Shown here piece by piece: positions 35,341-49,529 of a stretch of 64,000 nucleotides of DNA. The stretch spans positions 13,640,001-13,704,000 of the forward strand of contig NC_090351.1 in the NCBI RefSeq assembly GCF_035084215.1, given 5' to 3'. A program made the translations under genes and the position numbers. The stretch comes from Heptranchias perlo (taxonomy: Eukaryota). The notes under the pieces were generated by a model. That model worked only from the letters and a program-made list of their open reading frames with translations, was not told where the DNA came from and made no database searches. How positions within the stretch are numbered: the stretch's first letter is position 1; each line of letters opens with the position of its first letter.

Positions 35341-37630
35341 CTGATAAAATATTTCTATGTTAGTTTAATTAGTTTTGGACATCACTATTTAGCCATTTTG
35401 GTTTTGTCTTGCCCTTCTTTACTTTTCATCTGTGCTGCAATTATATCTATAGGATTCTCCAGCTGACCTTATTCAGAGTAAACCCCAAAATGTTACTTCA
35501 AACTAAATTATGAGAGTCGGATATGAGGATATAGGTTTGAACTAGTAAAAGGCAAATTTAGGAATGATGTCAGGAGGTATTTCACACAAAAAGTGCTCAA
35601 TCTGTATTGAATGAACAGCGACATATAAGAATCATTTCAGTCTATAAGATTTAGCATGCTATCGACTTCTTTAATGGTACATAAGGGGGCACTCATGGAA
35701 ATCATGTGCCAGCTTAATTTGATACATTACTTGCAAAAATTAAATTGTTGTCTAGCATTTGGCAAAGATAGAAGCTAAGTCATTCAATTCAAATACAAAC
35801 ATGTTGTGTGATTTGTTCAAATACATTACTGATTAACAGCTCCTTTTAATATTCCATTATTTAATTCACTGGGTCCCTGTTAATGCTTTTGAAAGTATTT
35901 ATCAACCTGTCTTTTTCAAATCAGTAAGTCCGCCTGGAACCTTCGAAGAGAGTTAATCAAGCCAGATAGTTTCCATAGATGGCGAGAAAAAGAGTGGAAA
36001 CACTATGTAAGGAAATTACTTTTATCATAGTTTCACACAATTACAAACTATTATATTTTACTATACAGGTGCTAACTAAGTTTAACAACAATTGTAAAAA
36101 TATACATTGTATTACTGCTACCATTCACGTGTTGTATTACTGTTTAATAAATCTGTTAAGCAGATAAAGTTTAAGTCAAATTATAGTGTAGTGTTATTCT
36201 GCTGCCTTCGGAAGGTATAGAAGATTTCGTGAAGGCACGGGATAGAATCAGGAGCTGAAGTAATCTGTAAAGGTTCTCTGTTCGTTACCATGAATAACTA
36301 CATACATGGAAGATACAACACAAGAGATGGTCACTCGGCCACTCAATCCATGTCTGCATTTACCTTCCATGCGAGTAAATAGTCCTGATCATATTTACCC
36401 ACCCTGTCCCACATCCCTTTAACCCCTTTTCCTTCATTCACCTAGCCAATCTAATTTGGAATGTTCTCTGGCCAGTGAAAATGGAGCTCTGTTTGTGCAC
36501 CCAAATGCCAATTAAACTGTAATGTTACCAGCGAGCCATTGGGTCAGCCAGCATTTTGCTAAAAGTAGACAGGTTAAAATGTTGTTTTAAAAAGTTCCTG
36601 GGCCTGGTTACACTGCAGTTGGTGTGGAGCACAAAGCCTTGCAGTACTGCCTAAACTTGATTTAGTGACTTCAAGCAAAGATGCTTTGGATCAACACAAA
36701 ATGTGCAGTATAATTGGCCTAAAAAATAACCATCACTCAGTTTATTAGTACTTATTGATGCCGTCTATTCTCACTGACAGCATCAGTAAGTATTACAGCT
36801 TTAAGCCCAGTATCTAACTTAACAGAAGTTGGCTTTGGTGAAAGCAGAGCTTTGTGTTTGTACTCAGAGCTATCAGAGCAGGGAAGTGTTAGGAGTGAGA
36901 TTTATGACCAGAAAAAAGTGGCATAGATAGTAGTCCCATTTACGCTCTGTTTAACTATGGAGTAATCTTCACTTTCCAGAGTGGGTTGAATATGGTCACA
37001 TTTAATAAATTCTCCCCTCTCCACTTTTGTGCCATCCCCATCTCTCCTGAAGATTTTGACTCCTTGCTCGGTAATAATTTCACAGGCTCCAGATATCTTC
37101 TGATAACCCGCCCAAGTGACCATTAATGTGTGAGCTTTGACAATGAGTGCCAACAGGCTATCCAACTTCTGGGGGGTCCCGTCCTCATCGGATAGCCACA
37201 CGGGCTTGCTTCCAGGAGAAGTCACACATTAGGATCAGAAGCGGGAATGCTGGCTGATATTCCCCTCTCTAATTGTAGCACCTTTATTGCTACCATAGCA
37301 GAGATCATCTGATTCACCATTGACTGGTGATTGAACCACAGATCTTCCTGGTCTCTATAATCCAGCTATTGGCTGGATAAACTCGCTGAGCCATCGGGGG
37401 AGTTAGACTCGTACTTTTAAAATGAGCAAATCTTACTCTGAATGCAAAAATTGACAAGTCTGGCTATTGCTAACTGGAAACTCTATATCCTTTTCTAGCA
37501 TAAGCAAAATCTCAATGTGACTAATGGAAGAATTACACCACCCTACAAGAGAACTGTAAAATAAGGCCATGATACTGCCATGTTAAACAAGTATAATTGT
37601 GACTTTTCACAATCTATAGATTTTAAAGTC

Positions 37631-38090
37631 TTGCAGGGATGAGGGACTTTGGTTATGTGGAGAGACTAGAGAGACTGAGATTGTTCTCCTTCGAGCAGAG
37701 AAGGTTAAGGGGAGATTTAATAGAGGTGCTCAAAATTATGAGGGATTTTGATAGAATAAATTAGGAGAAACTGTTTCCACTGGCAGGAGGGTCGATAACA
37801 AGATGACACAGATTAAAGATAATTGGCAAAAGAACCAGAGGGGAGATGAGGAGTAATTTCTTTTTTTACTCAGCAAGTTGTTTTGATCTGGAATTCACTA
37901 CCTGAGAGATGGTGGAAGCAGATTCAATAGTAACTTTCAAAAGGGAATTGGATAAATACTTGAAAAGGAAAAATTTACAGAGCAATGGGGAAAGAGCAGG
38001 GGAATGGGGTTAATTGTTTGGCTCTTTCAAAGAACCGGCACATGCACAATGATCTGAATGGCCTCCTTCTGCGCTGTATGATTCTATGAT
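37631..38090 (+). mobile_element. CR1 3' fragment
   Basis: LFSFEQRRLRGDLIEV-like segment; tail gtatgattctatgatt. Confidence 0.85.
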
Positions 38091-40694
38091 TTAGTATTCA
38101 CCTTTTACATCACAGGCTTCAAAAGGTGTTACACCTGAAAGTGTGGCCCCAGAGGCACTTTGAGTCGGAGACTAACTCAGCAATGCTACATTAATGAGAG
38201 CTTCATGGGATAAAGGGGTAGATGAAAACATTTTTTATAATAATAATGGAGAATAAAGAAGAAAGCCTGAGGAAAGAGGAGGGAAGAACAAACAAATTCT
38301 TGTATAATAAGCAAATGCTGCAAATCTACTGTGGGAGGTAGAATAATAACATTTTATAATGTAAATAACTCAGAATGAGAGGCTTTCGGGAGGGAAGAAG
38401 TGCTTTAGCTTTGCCTCCCTCCCAGAGTGCTTCAGCCTCCACTCTTTCCTATATCGCAGGCGCAACAAAGTGCTCCATCTCCTTCCCTCCCACCATGAGC
38501 TCTGCTCCCCTTCCCCAATTCAGCCCGGAGTCCAGCAGCTACATTCCTACCTGGCCTGGCCCGGCCCCAGCAGCAGTGCTGCCTCCTGATCCTGAATACA
38601 CCAGTGCAGCCAGCCTCGACCGTCCAGTCTGACTCTGAAGGCCGATGAATACTCATTTAAAATTCCATTGAAATGGGGCCATCGTTGACCTCCCTCTAGG
38701 TTGTGATCACATTTATGAAATTGATGACTCTGAATTCATTTCAGTAATTGCAATGTAATTTATAATATTTTTGGCTGTTGGTTAAAACAATTTATAACTT
38801 TGGAATAATTCAGCTATTCTGTACCTATCCATATATAAATAAAACACAATTGTCCATAGTTGTCCAATGTGTCCCAAAGGACTGATTGTCATGTGGTTAG
38901 CATGGACCAGTTTAATTCATCATTGTGCACATGGTTACCAGGGACCAATCCCACCATTCCCAGCCTGATTATCACATTCTCATCTCTCCTGCTTCCTTCT
39001 GTTCTGAGTCACAGCCCCTGATCCCCACCTCACACCCTCCAGGTCCCAAGTCCTGGACCCGGTCACATCCTCCGAACCCCAGTCCAAGTTCCAGCTCCCT
39101 CTAACCTCAGCTTCCCCTTTCGCATTCCACATTCTGGTCCAATCTCTGTGTGAAGATAACAATTTGACACGTTCCCCAGACCCTTGCCTCCAGACAGAGT
39201 CAGATCATTCCTGCTGTTTTCACAAGTTTGAAGCCCTAAAGTTGCATTCGCGTCTTCAAGAACAGTGAGAGGAAAAGGAGAGAATGTCAAATGTACAGGA
39301 AAAGAAAGAGACAAATATACAGAGAGAAAGTGAGGGGCAGACAAGAGTGCCAGACGTAGAGAGAGAAAGAAAGGCACACAGAAAGAAAGATTGAGCTGTG
39401 AAAGGCATACTGAGATTAAGAGGCCTCCAAAAGGTAAAGACAAGGAGAGACTGACACAAAGAATACATACCAAATGTCCGCTTTCTACATGGACATCAAA
39501 GCTCCTGTTTTAGCTGTCCAGTCTTGTGGGCCGAAATTAGCGGACAAGGCAAACTCCTCTCCCCCTCCACCCATCCTGCTCTTTTGGAGTCGTTTAGTGG
39601 CTAATACACTGGGCAGTCCCCATTCCTTCTCTTCATATGTTTCCAGCACTACTGGCCCTGATTCCCACCTCTGTATAGTGGAGATAGGAACTTACACAAG
39701 AATTGGAGTTCCCAGTCATACAGAGGTGGCAATCTGGGCCATTAGCTCTGGGGGCAAAGAGAAGGGGGGGTGCAGCTACCTGGTGCGTTAGCTACCAAAC
39801 TGTGGTCGGAGTGGGTGGGGGAAATAGATGCCAAGGGGAGGGAGGAGAACGTATGGCAAGGAGAGGAGTGGCAGAATTCAAGCTTACTTAGTGCTCCTAC
39901 GTAATAATTTATTGACATGTTTTTTTCCTCAAAGTGCAATGAGATGTTTTCCTGTACTTGAGCACTGCTACAGAAAGACAAGTTCTTTACATACATCAAT
40001 GTACTAGAAATGAATTTATTATATTGAGTTGCTTTGAAGCAGTGACCTTGATTGTACGCATTTATTCAGGGCCAGTGGCGGAGCCAGTGGGGATTCGGGG
40101 GGGGGGGGGTTCATAAACCACCCCCCTCCCCACAAACATGTTGAAGTCAGCTAATGTGACTTTGGATGGTCGCCTCCATTTCGCTCCCAGGTACCTCGAT
40201 CACCCGTCTTCAACCTCCAGGTTCAGCCTGCAAGTCTGTGCGGTTCCCGGCCTGGCCCACAGACTTGGTAAGTTGGCATTCCCCAGTTCCCCTACCTGCC
40301 ATATCTTGAGTTCCACAGCTTTTCCAAGGTTTGTAGGTTGGCATGTACATCAAAGGAAGAAAGAATGAAAATGTTTCATGAGCAGATACAGAGACAAGAA
40401 GAAAGTTTGAGAGAGGCTGAAATAAAGATGTCTGCGAGTAATGCTGTAGTTTATATAAACTTCACGACTGCCAACATTTCTGGAAGGGAATTCTTAGAGT
40501 TTCAATGTCTGTGTTACTAAGGGGAAGGGCTGAGTGGAATTTCCTTATGTTTGAAGTGCAGAACCATCTTCCAGTCATTGAAAGGCTGGTGGTGAAAAAA
40601 AAAATCATGATTTCATCTGCCAAGTTTGAGCTGGAGGAAATCCAGCAGGGGGCAGCCTGGTATCAGCCTGGCATTGTAAATCTTCCCACACCAA

Positions 40695-42013
40695 GGGCTC
40701 AATTTTAAAAGGGCAGCGGGATGGTGGGGGGGGGGGTTAATGGGCACGTGGCAAACCCGGTTAATAAAAACTTACCGTTCCCCTTGCGATTGCGACTTAA
40801 TTGGTGGCCATTAATCTTGTTTCCGAGTTTGCCATCCGAAAGCTGCGCAGTGGGCGAACTGCGCACCCGCGAGACAGACGGTCAGCTGGAGAGTCTGGAT
40901 TTAAAGGGCCATTGCTCCAATGGATTTTACTGGAGCAAAGAGCAAGACCACCCAATGGAGCAGCACAGGGGCAAGGCTGCTCCAAGATTCAGTGACTCCT
41001 CACTTGAGGTGCTGCTGGCCAGGGTGAGGAGGAGGAGGGAACTATTTTACTCGACTGACAGGAGGAAGTGCCCTGTGTCTCTGCCACGAAGGTCTGGCTC
41101 GAGGTGGCAGAGGAGGTGACCAGCAGGAGTAACATCTCCTGCATCTGGGTCCAGCACAGGAAGCGTTTCAATGAACTAACTAGGTCAGCAAAAGTGAGTA
41201 CACTTACTCATTCTCCTGCATTCCGTGCTGCACATCGCCCCCCCTCCCCAACAACTCATTCTGCACTGCCAAGACCACTCCATCACATCACTCCTCACAT
41301 CCACTTAAGGCTCATCCTCAACTTACCTTCACTTCCTCACCTCCGCATTTGTGACCCCACCACTACCACTCGCCCCAATCCTGATCCAATGTGATGTCTC
41401 TGTCTCATACTCACCCTCTGATGCACCTCTTTCACGGTCAACCTCAAAGGATGGTGATGTTCCTCATCCTCGGATGTACTGGTGAATGCTGCCATCGTGC
41501 CTCCCCATCCTGATGGTGTCAGTTTGAGGGGGTCCGAAAAGTTGGTAAATTTGTGCAACAGAACAATTCTGAGTGGAAACCAAGAATTTTCAGTCTAAAC
41601 ACAAAGATCTCCCAGCCAAAAGTTTGCCTTGCTGCAACTCACCTTTTATCCCCATCTGTCAAACAGGGATTTAAATGTCCAATTAGCTGCCGGCTGAAAC
41701 ACGACTCCTTCAACATGGCGTGTTTCACAGTACGGGAAACACGCTGAGGCAGCGTTGAATTCGCTTGCCAGCATAATTAATTACATTCATGCACATTTCA
41801 AGTACGTTAAATACTTGAATTGTTTGTTTAAATATCGTCCAGTCAGCTTTAATTGCCAACAGGACTTCTGGTGCGCACCCAGATGACTCTGGGTCGTGTG
41901 CATTCTTCAGCGTGTTGGAGCCAGGATTTCTGCCCACTCCAAAAAAACATGATTTTCTTTGCCCCCCCCCCCCTGCCCCAACGCACCTGGACTTTCATTT
42001 TAAAATTGAGCCC
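40695..42013 (+). mobile_element. Internally deleted PIF/Harbinger transposon with a Myb/SANT gene remnant
   Basis: Perfect 16-bp TIRs GGGCTCAATTTTAAAA (40695-40710 and 41998-42013); 3-bp TSD CAA; frameshifted Myb/SANT-like exon APRFSDSSLEVLL...W.EVAEEV....W.Q.RKRFNEL followed by a GTGAGT donor. Confidence 0.88.
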
Positions 42014-42899
42014 CAAGACTCGGTTCAAAGGATTTATAGCTTTATTGTCAGTAGTATGTTAGAAAGTTGCTGGTCTCATGTTAGAGCGAGACTTTGATCT
42101 TTTCTGCCTCCAGCCACGAAATGAGATGGATACCTTGACTTGGATTTGTAGCGTAATCAGCTTTTATCCTCCCCACCGGTTTACTTAGATACTAAAGGGA
42201 CACTGTCATCATGACAAAAAGGACTTTAGGGGCACTGACTCCTGCTGGGGTGTTGTTGTAACAAGCTACCTGGTGAGACACCTTATTGAATGCCTTCTGA
42301 AAATTCATTTACCCTACTTCATTCCATTTATATAGTCAGACACTTCTTCAAAATCTCCATCAAATTTGGCAAACATGTCTTGCCTTTAACAAATCCTCTC
42401 CTTAAGGACCGAATTTAACTCGGGGTGGGAATCGGGGGATGTGGGGGCCGAAGCAGACAACGGTGGGGGAGCTTGAGGCCCGGAAGATTTTAACTCCTGA
42501 GCCTCAGTTGCATGCCCTCTCAGTGGGAATGACGTCACTGCCAGCGGGCGGAAGCTCAAGCTGTTGCCGAGGACCCACAGATACGGACCCTGGTAAGTTA
42601 AGTAGGTATTGTGGGAGGTGGGCGGGTGGCGGGACGGCAAGTCCATGATTGGGGGAGGGGTGGGGAAGGCTGGAGTGGGAACGTCCCAAGTATCCTGCTG
42701 GGGCCTGGAGGAGAACTCCTGCTCTTCCTGGCCCACTAGGAGCCTTAGATAATTTTTTTTTTTTTTAAAGGATTTACCTGGGCCCGGACCCTCGCTGCGG
42801 CCAGTGTTAGCTGGTGGGCCAGAAACTGTGCAGCACACAATCGGCAACGCATCTGATCCCGATCACTGGCCAGTGAAATTGAAAAGAGTAGACGAGAAA

Positions 42900-43308
42900 G
42901 GCCTGGAAATTCAACCGTGCAGCACCTGTTTCTCAGGCACTAAACGGCCTCCAATATGGCGGGCAAGAAGCGCACGTTCATTAGGAGCTGGAAATGTACC
43001 ATCCACCATATTGGTGAAGGCCTAAAAAAAAAAAAAAAATTGGCATGCAGTGCCCACACCTGAAACAGGTGTTAGGCCCTTTGTATTTGCCGGTTCCACT
43101 CAGGAAATCCACGCGGCCCTTAAAAGGACCACTTGTTAGGCCGCAACCAAGGTAAGTTTGTCAAGATCTTCAACCACGCTTCGCCGGGTGAGCTCCTCTT
43201 ACTCCGCAGCTTCATGGAAATGAGGCCTGAGGCCCAAGATCGGGATCTCCTCGGGCCTCACAATTCATTCACAGGGATTGCACCCTGCACCGCCCAAATT
43301 TCTAGGCC
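42900..43308. mobile_element. Harbinger-type MITE
   Basis: TIR GGCCTGGAAATT / AATTTCTAGGCC (11/12 match), with AAA on both flanks. Confidence 0.6.
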
Positions 43309-43456
43309 AAAATAAAATCCAGTTATTTAAGATTCTCATCCAGGGACATCACTTCTACGTAAACCTTGATATTAGTGTAAAGTGGAGCCTACTAATCACA
43401 CGATTGTTAGTCACCACCATTTGGAGTATTACCAGCCCAGGGTACGCTGGATTTCA

Positions 43457-46400
43457 TTTTTTTTATTATTCTTTCATGGGATGCGGGTGTTGCTGGCAAG
43501 GCCAGCATTTATTGCCCATCTCGAATTACCCTTGAGAATCATAGAATCATAGAAGTTACAACATGGAAACAGGCCCTTCGGCCCAACATGTCCATGTCGC
43601 CCAGTTTATACCACTAAGCTAGTCCCAATTGCCTGCACTTGGCCCATATCCCTCTATACCCATCTTACCCATGTAACTGTCCAAATGCTTTTTAAAAGAC
43701 AAAATTGTACCCGCCTCTACTACTGCCTCTGGCAGCTCGTTCCAGACACTCACCACCCTTTGAGTGAAAAAATTGCCCCTCTGGACCCTTTTGTATCTCT
43801 CCCCTCTCACCTTAAATCTATGGCCCCTCGTTATAGACTCCCCTACCTTTGGGAAAAGATTTTGACTATCGACCTTATCTATGCCCCTCATTATTTTATA
43901 GACTTCGATAAGATCACCCCTTAACCTCCTACCCTCCAGGGAAAAAAGTCCCAGTCTGTCTAACCTCTCCCTGTAAGTCAAACCATCAAGTCCCGGTAGC
44001 ATCCTAGTAAATCTTTTCTGCACTCTTTCTAGTTTAATAATATCCTTTCTATAATAGGGTGACCAGAACTGTACACAGTACTCCAAGTGTGGCCTCACCA
44101 ATGCCCTGTACAACTTCAACAAGACATCCCAACTCCTGCATTCAATGTTCTGACCAATGAAACCAAGCATGCTGAATGCCTTCTTCACTACCCTATCCAC
44201 CTGTGACTCCACTTTCAAGGAGCTATGAATCTGTACTCCCAGATCTCTTTGTTCTATAACTCTCCCCAACGCCCTACCATTAACGGAGTAGGTCCTGGCC
44301 CGATTCGATCTACCAAAATGCATCACCTCACATTTATCTAAATTAAACTCCATCTGCCATTCATCGGCCCACTGGCCCAATTTATCAAGATCCCGTTGCA
44401 ATCCTAGATAACCTTCTTCACTGTCCACAATGCCACCAATCTTGGTGTCATCTGCAAACTTACTAACCATGCCTCCTAAATTCTCATCCAAATCATTAAT
44501 ATAAATAACAAATAACAGCGGACCCAGCACCGATCCCTGAGGCACACCGCTGGACACAGGCATCCAGTTTGAAAAACAACCCTCTACAACCACCCTCTGT
44601 CTTCTGTCGTCAAGCCAATTTTGTATGCAATTGGCTACCTCACCTTGGATCCCATGAGATTTAACCTTATGTAACAACCTACCATGCGGTACCTTGTCAA
44701 ATGCTTTGCTGAAGTCCATGTAGACCACGTCTACTGCACAGCCCTCATCTATCTTCTTGGTTACCCCTTCAAAAAACTCAATCAAATTCGTGAGACATGA
44801 TTTTCCTCTCACAAAACCATGCTGACTGTTCCTAATTAGTCCCTGCCTCTCCAAATGCCTGTAGATCCTGTCCCTCAGAATACCCTCCAACAACTTACCC
44901 ACTACAGATGTCAGGCTCACTGGTCTGTAGTTCCCAGGCTTTTCCCTGCCGCCCTTCTTAAACAAAGGCACAACATTTGCTACCCTCCAATCTTCAGGCA
45001 CCTCACCTGTCGCGGTGGATGATTCAAATATCTCTGCTAGGGGACCCGCAATTTCCTCCCTAACCTCCCATAACGTCCTGGGATACATTTCATCAGGTCC
45101 CGGAGATTTATCTACCTTGATGCGCGTTAAGACTTCCAGCACCTCCCTCTCTGTAATATGTACACTCCTCAAGACATCACTATTTATTTCCCCAAGTTCC
45201 CTAACATCCATGCCTTTCTCAACCGTAAATACCGATGTGAAATATTCATTCAGGATCTCACCCATCTCTTGTGGTTCCGCACATAGATGACCTTGTTAAT
45301 CCTTAAGAGGCCCTACTCTCTCCCTAGTTATCCTTTTGCCCTTTATGTATTTGTAGAAGCTCTTTGGATTCACCTTTGCCTGATCTGCCAAAGCAATCTC
45401 ATATCCCCTTTTTGCCCTCCTGATTTCACTCTTAACTCTACTCCGGCAATCTCTATACTCTTCAAGGGATCCACTTGATCCCAGCTGCCTATGCATGTCA
45501 TATGCCTCCTTCTTCTTTTTGACTAGTGCCTCAATCTCCCGAGTCATCCAAGGTTCCCTACTTCTACCAGCCTTGCCCTTCACTTTATAAGGAATGTGCT
45601 TACCCTGAACCCTGGTTAACACACTTTTGAAAGCCTCCCACTTACCAGACGTCCCTTTGCCTGCCAACAGACTCTCCCAATCAACTTCTGAAAGTTCCTG
45701 TCTAATACCATCAAAATTGGTGGTGAGCCGCCTTCTTGAATCCCTGCAGTCCGTGTGGTGAAGGTTCTCCCACAGTGCTGTTAGGAAGGGAGTTCCAGGA
45801 CTTTGACCCAGCGACGATGAAGGAATGGCGATATATTTCCAAGTCGGGATGGTATGTGACTTGGAGGGGAATGTGCAGGTGGTGTTGTTCCCATGTGGCT
45901 GCTGCCTTTGTCCTTCTAGTTGGTAGAGGTCGCGGGTTTGGGAGGTGCGGTCGAAGAAGCCTTGGCGAGTTGCTGCAGTGCATCCTGTGGATGGTGCACA
46001 CTGCAGCCACTGTGCGCCGGTGGTGGAGGGAGTGAGTGTTTAGGGTGGTGGATGGGGTGCCAATCAAGCGGGCTGCTTTGTCCTGGATGGTGTCGAGCTT
46101 CTTGAGTGTTGTTGGAGCTGCACTCATCCAGGCAAGTGGAGAGTATTCCATCACACTCCTGACTTGTGCCTTGTAGATGGTGGAAAGGCTTTGGAGAGTC
46201 AGGAGGTGAGTCACTCACCACAGAATACCTAGCCTCTGACCTGCTCCTGTAGCCACAGTATTTATGTGGCTGGTCCAGTTAAGTTTCTGGTCAATGGTGA
46301 CGCCCAGGATGTTGATGGTGGGGGAATTCAGCAATGGTAATGCCGTTGAATGTCAAGGGGAGGTGGTTAGATTCTCTCTTGTTGGAGATGGTCATTGCCT

Positions 46401-47535
46401 GGCGTGAATGTTACTTGCCATTTATCAGCCCAAGCCTGGATGTTGTCCAGATCTTGCTGCATGCGGGCACGGACTGTTTCATTATCTGAGAGGATGCGAA
46501 TGGAACTGAACACTGTGCAATCATCAGCGAACATCCCCATTTCTGACCTTATGATGGAGGGAAGGTCATTCATGAAGCAGCTGGTTGGGCCTAGGACACT
46601 GCCTTGAGGAACTCCTGTAGCAATGTCCTGGGTCTGAGATGATTGGCCTCCAACAACCACTACCATCTTCCTTTGTGTTAGGTATGACTCCAGCCACTGG
46701 AGTGTTTTCCCCCCGATTCCCATTGACTTCAATTTTACTGGGGCTCCTTGGTGCCACACTCGGTCAAATGCTGCCTCGATGTCAAGGGCAGTCATTCTCA
46801 TCTTACCTCTGGAATTCAGCTCTTTTGTCCATGTTTGGACCAAGGTTGTAATGAGGTCTGGAGCCGAGTGGTCCTGGCGGAACCCAAACTGAGCATCGGT
46901 GAGCAGGTTATTTGTGAGTAGAATGATGGGGCGGTAATTGGCCGGATTGGATTTGTCCTGCTTTTTGTGGAGAGGACATACCTGAGCAAATTTCCACATT
47001 GTCGGGTAGGTGCCAATGTTGTAGCTGTACTGGAACAGTTTGGCTAGAGGTGCGGCTAGTTCTGGAGCACAAGTCTTCAGCGCTACAGCCGGGATGCTGT
47101 CGGGGCCCATAGCCTTTGCTGTATCCAGTGCACTCAGCCGTTTCTTGATATCACGTGGAGTGAATCGAATTGGCTGAAGACTGGCTTCTGTGATGGTGGG
47201 GATATTGGGAGGAGGCTGAGATGGATTATGCACTCGGCACTTCTGTCTGAAGATGGTTGCAAACGCTTCAGCCTTGTCTTTTGCACTCACGTGCTGGACT
47301 CTGCCATCATTGAGGATGGGGATGTTTGCAGAGCCTCCTCCTCCCGTTAGTTGTTTAACTGTCCGCCACCATTCACGACTGGATGTGGCAGGACTGCAGA
47401 GCTTTGTTCTGATCCGGTGGTTGTGGAATCGCTTAGCTCTGTCTGTAGCATGTTGCTTCCGCTGTTTAGCATGCATGTAGTCCTGTGTTGTAGCTTCACC
47501 AGGTTGGCACCTCATTTTTAGGTACGCCTGGTGCT
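43457..47535 (-). mobile_element. Second-family LINE (43457-43538 plus 45718-47535), interrupted near its 3' end by a CR1
   Basis: RT ORF 46367-47581 ([27 protein letters not shown]); its 3' tail continues on the far side of the nested CR1. Confidence 0.9.
43538..45718 (-). mobile_element. Young 5'-truncated CR1 LINE with an uninterrupted 548-aa RT/C-terminal ORF (43619-45265)
   Basis: [46 protein letters not shown]; one in-frame stop at 45296; tail (ttctatga)n. Confidence 0.96.
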
Positions 47536-49321
47536 GTACAGTGATAGGTCCTTGTGAAAGAAAATGGGCCTCCAAACCCATGATTACACTCTGCCACTAA
47601 CAATTGTGGAGTGGGATTACTGATGCTCTGGAGTCCACTGCTTCAGAATCCTCAGGGTCAGCCAATTAGCATACTGTTAGCAGGTGCCCCTGCCAGTAGC
47701 CGGAGTGCCCTGGGGTAGTTTAGTGGGTGGGTGGGTGGCGCCAGGAACATGTGACTGTGGCCAGCTACTTGGTGGCAGAATCAGCAGGTGCAGTTAAAGA
47801 TTTTGGTAAAGGAAAGAAATTGGCCCTTTTCGAGGAAGGCTGCCACAACCCTGCCAAAATCTTCCTTGCTTAAGTGTGTCAGGCGTTGAACCTTGCAGAT
47901 GTGCAGAGGCGGGAATTCCAGCGGGTGACATTGTTCTGCCAGTCCCGCCTCCGTTCCTCACGTCAGGCTGTAAGGGGCGACTGCAAGAACCACCCACCCA
48001 ACCTTGACAGAGAACTCCAGTACATCACAGAATGGGGCGCAGTCCTGGCGTAAGTGGGAGCCCTCCAAATTTCCACCCTGCGCAGTCCCCACCCGCTCCA
48101 ATTGCACCCTGAATTTGTCAAAAACATTTGTGGGTTTTCAGGACCATTACCTTAGACAATAGAAGTGTTTCCATTTACATTCAGCTGGAGCCTGAGCATT
48201 GACCCAACAGGTGGAAGAACAGGTTTGCCAGGTGTAAAAAATCAACAGAAATCCTTATCCAAACTTAACAGGTTCTCAGCAAGCGCACTGTCCATTTCCC
48301 AGAATGCAGTTCTGTTTTTACTGTTCGAACTGTAATTTTCTGCAGGGGAAAAAGCACGTTTTAAAATGCATGAGCTTCCCTAATTAGATTCTAATATTCT
48401 TCGAATGATCTTATTTGCATACTGGCTAAGCGTTGCTATGGACCTTGGTACCTTGCTGAATCCCCAATTACATAAAGAAATCTCCCCACTCACACACCAG
48501 AATTAACAATGAGCCCGTGGACCAACCCACCTGAAATTTCAGAATATTTGACCTTCTTGCACCTCACGGGATGAGATATTTGAACGATGTTTAGTGAATT
48601 TCTGAGTAATTGAATTGGACACATGTACACCAAGAAATTCACCTGTCGCAAATGGTTTGGAGCTTTTAATATGAGAAGACCTTTCCTTGGTCTAATGGCT
48701 TTCATTTTTAAAAAAACTAAATGAGACTAAATTGCTGGCACATTTCAAAGTTAAAGCAGGATCATATTTAATTCATTCACCAAGATACCATTTGACTTAA
48801 TTTTTACTCTAGTCCCAGACATGCAGAGAGAATGTAGGTAATAGCAAGAGTAGTCATGATACAGCGTGGAATGAACCAATGTATTAAACTTGTGCATCGT
48901 TTTCTGAGGGCGGTTAAGTGCACACAGAGAGTTCTGTCTCACAAAATAAAATACTGTACCTTTAAATGAATGTCTGGAGTTATTAACCTTGACCACATTT
49001 ACTCAGGATGATTTGAATGCTGAAAAATATTTTCAACTTTTAAAATATTCATCTCTTTTCTTTCATACATTACATAAAAAATGATTCTGCAAATTTAATT
49101 AGAAATTTTAAAAGGTGGAATTAGTCAAATCCAAATTAATAAAGACTTCTGCCAATTAAAAAAAATAATTTTCGTTTTGTGGAGACGTGTTCTCACGGGA
49201 CCAATTTGACTGCAATTGTTCGCTGATTGATAATTCCACCGATAGTACCAGTTTATAGTCAGCCCAGTTAAATAGAGCTTGTTGAAAAAGAAGTGCCCTG
49301 ACTTCACTGAAATTTCCTAAT

Positions 49322-49525
49322 AAAGAAAGAACTTGCATTTATATAGCACCTTTCACAATCTCAGGAGTCCCAATCCACTTTACAGCCAATGAAGTACTTT
49401 TGAAGTGTAGTCACTATAGGAAATGCAGCAGCCAATTTGTGCACAAGGTCCCACAAACAGCAATGAGATAATGACCAGATAATCTGTTTTTAGTGGAGTT
49501 GGTTGAGGGATAAATATTGGCATTG
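49322..49525 (-). mobile_element. Deu-domain SINE 3' fragment
   Basis: Reverse complement of the SINE tail (cttgcatttatatagcacc...gagggataaatattggc). Confidence 0.8.
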
Positions 49526-49529
49526 GGAA

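Noticed and set aside
35915-36010. Minus-strand terminal exon of a neighbouring gene such as TP53I11
   Set aside because: Translations in all three frames resemble nothing I recognise.
43619-45265. 548-aa ORF as a host gene
   Set aside because: It is a 5'-truncated CR1 ORF2 that lacks the endonuclease and a promoter.
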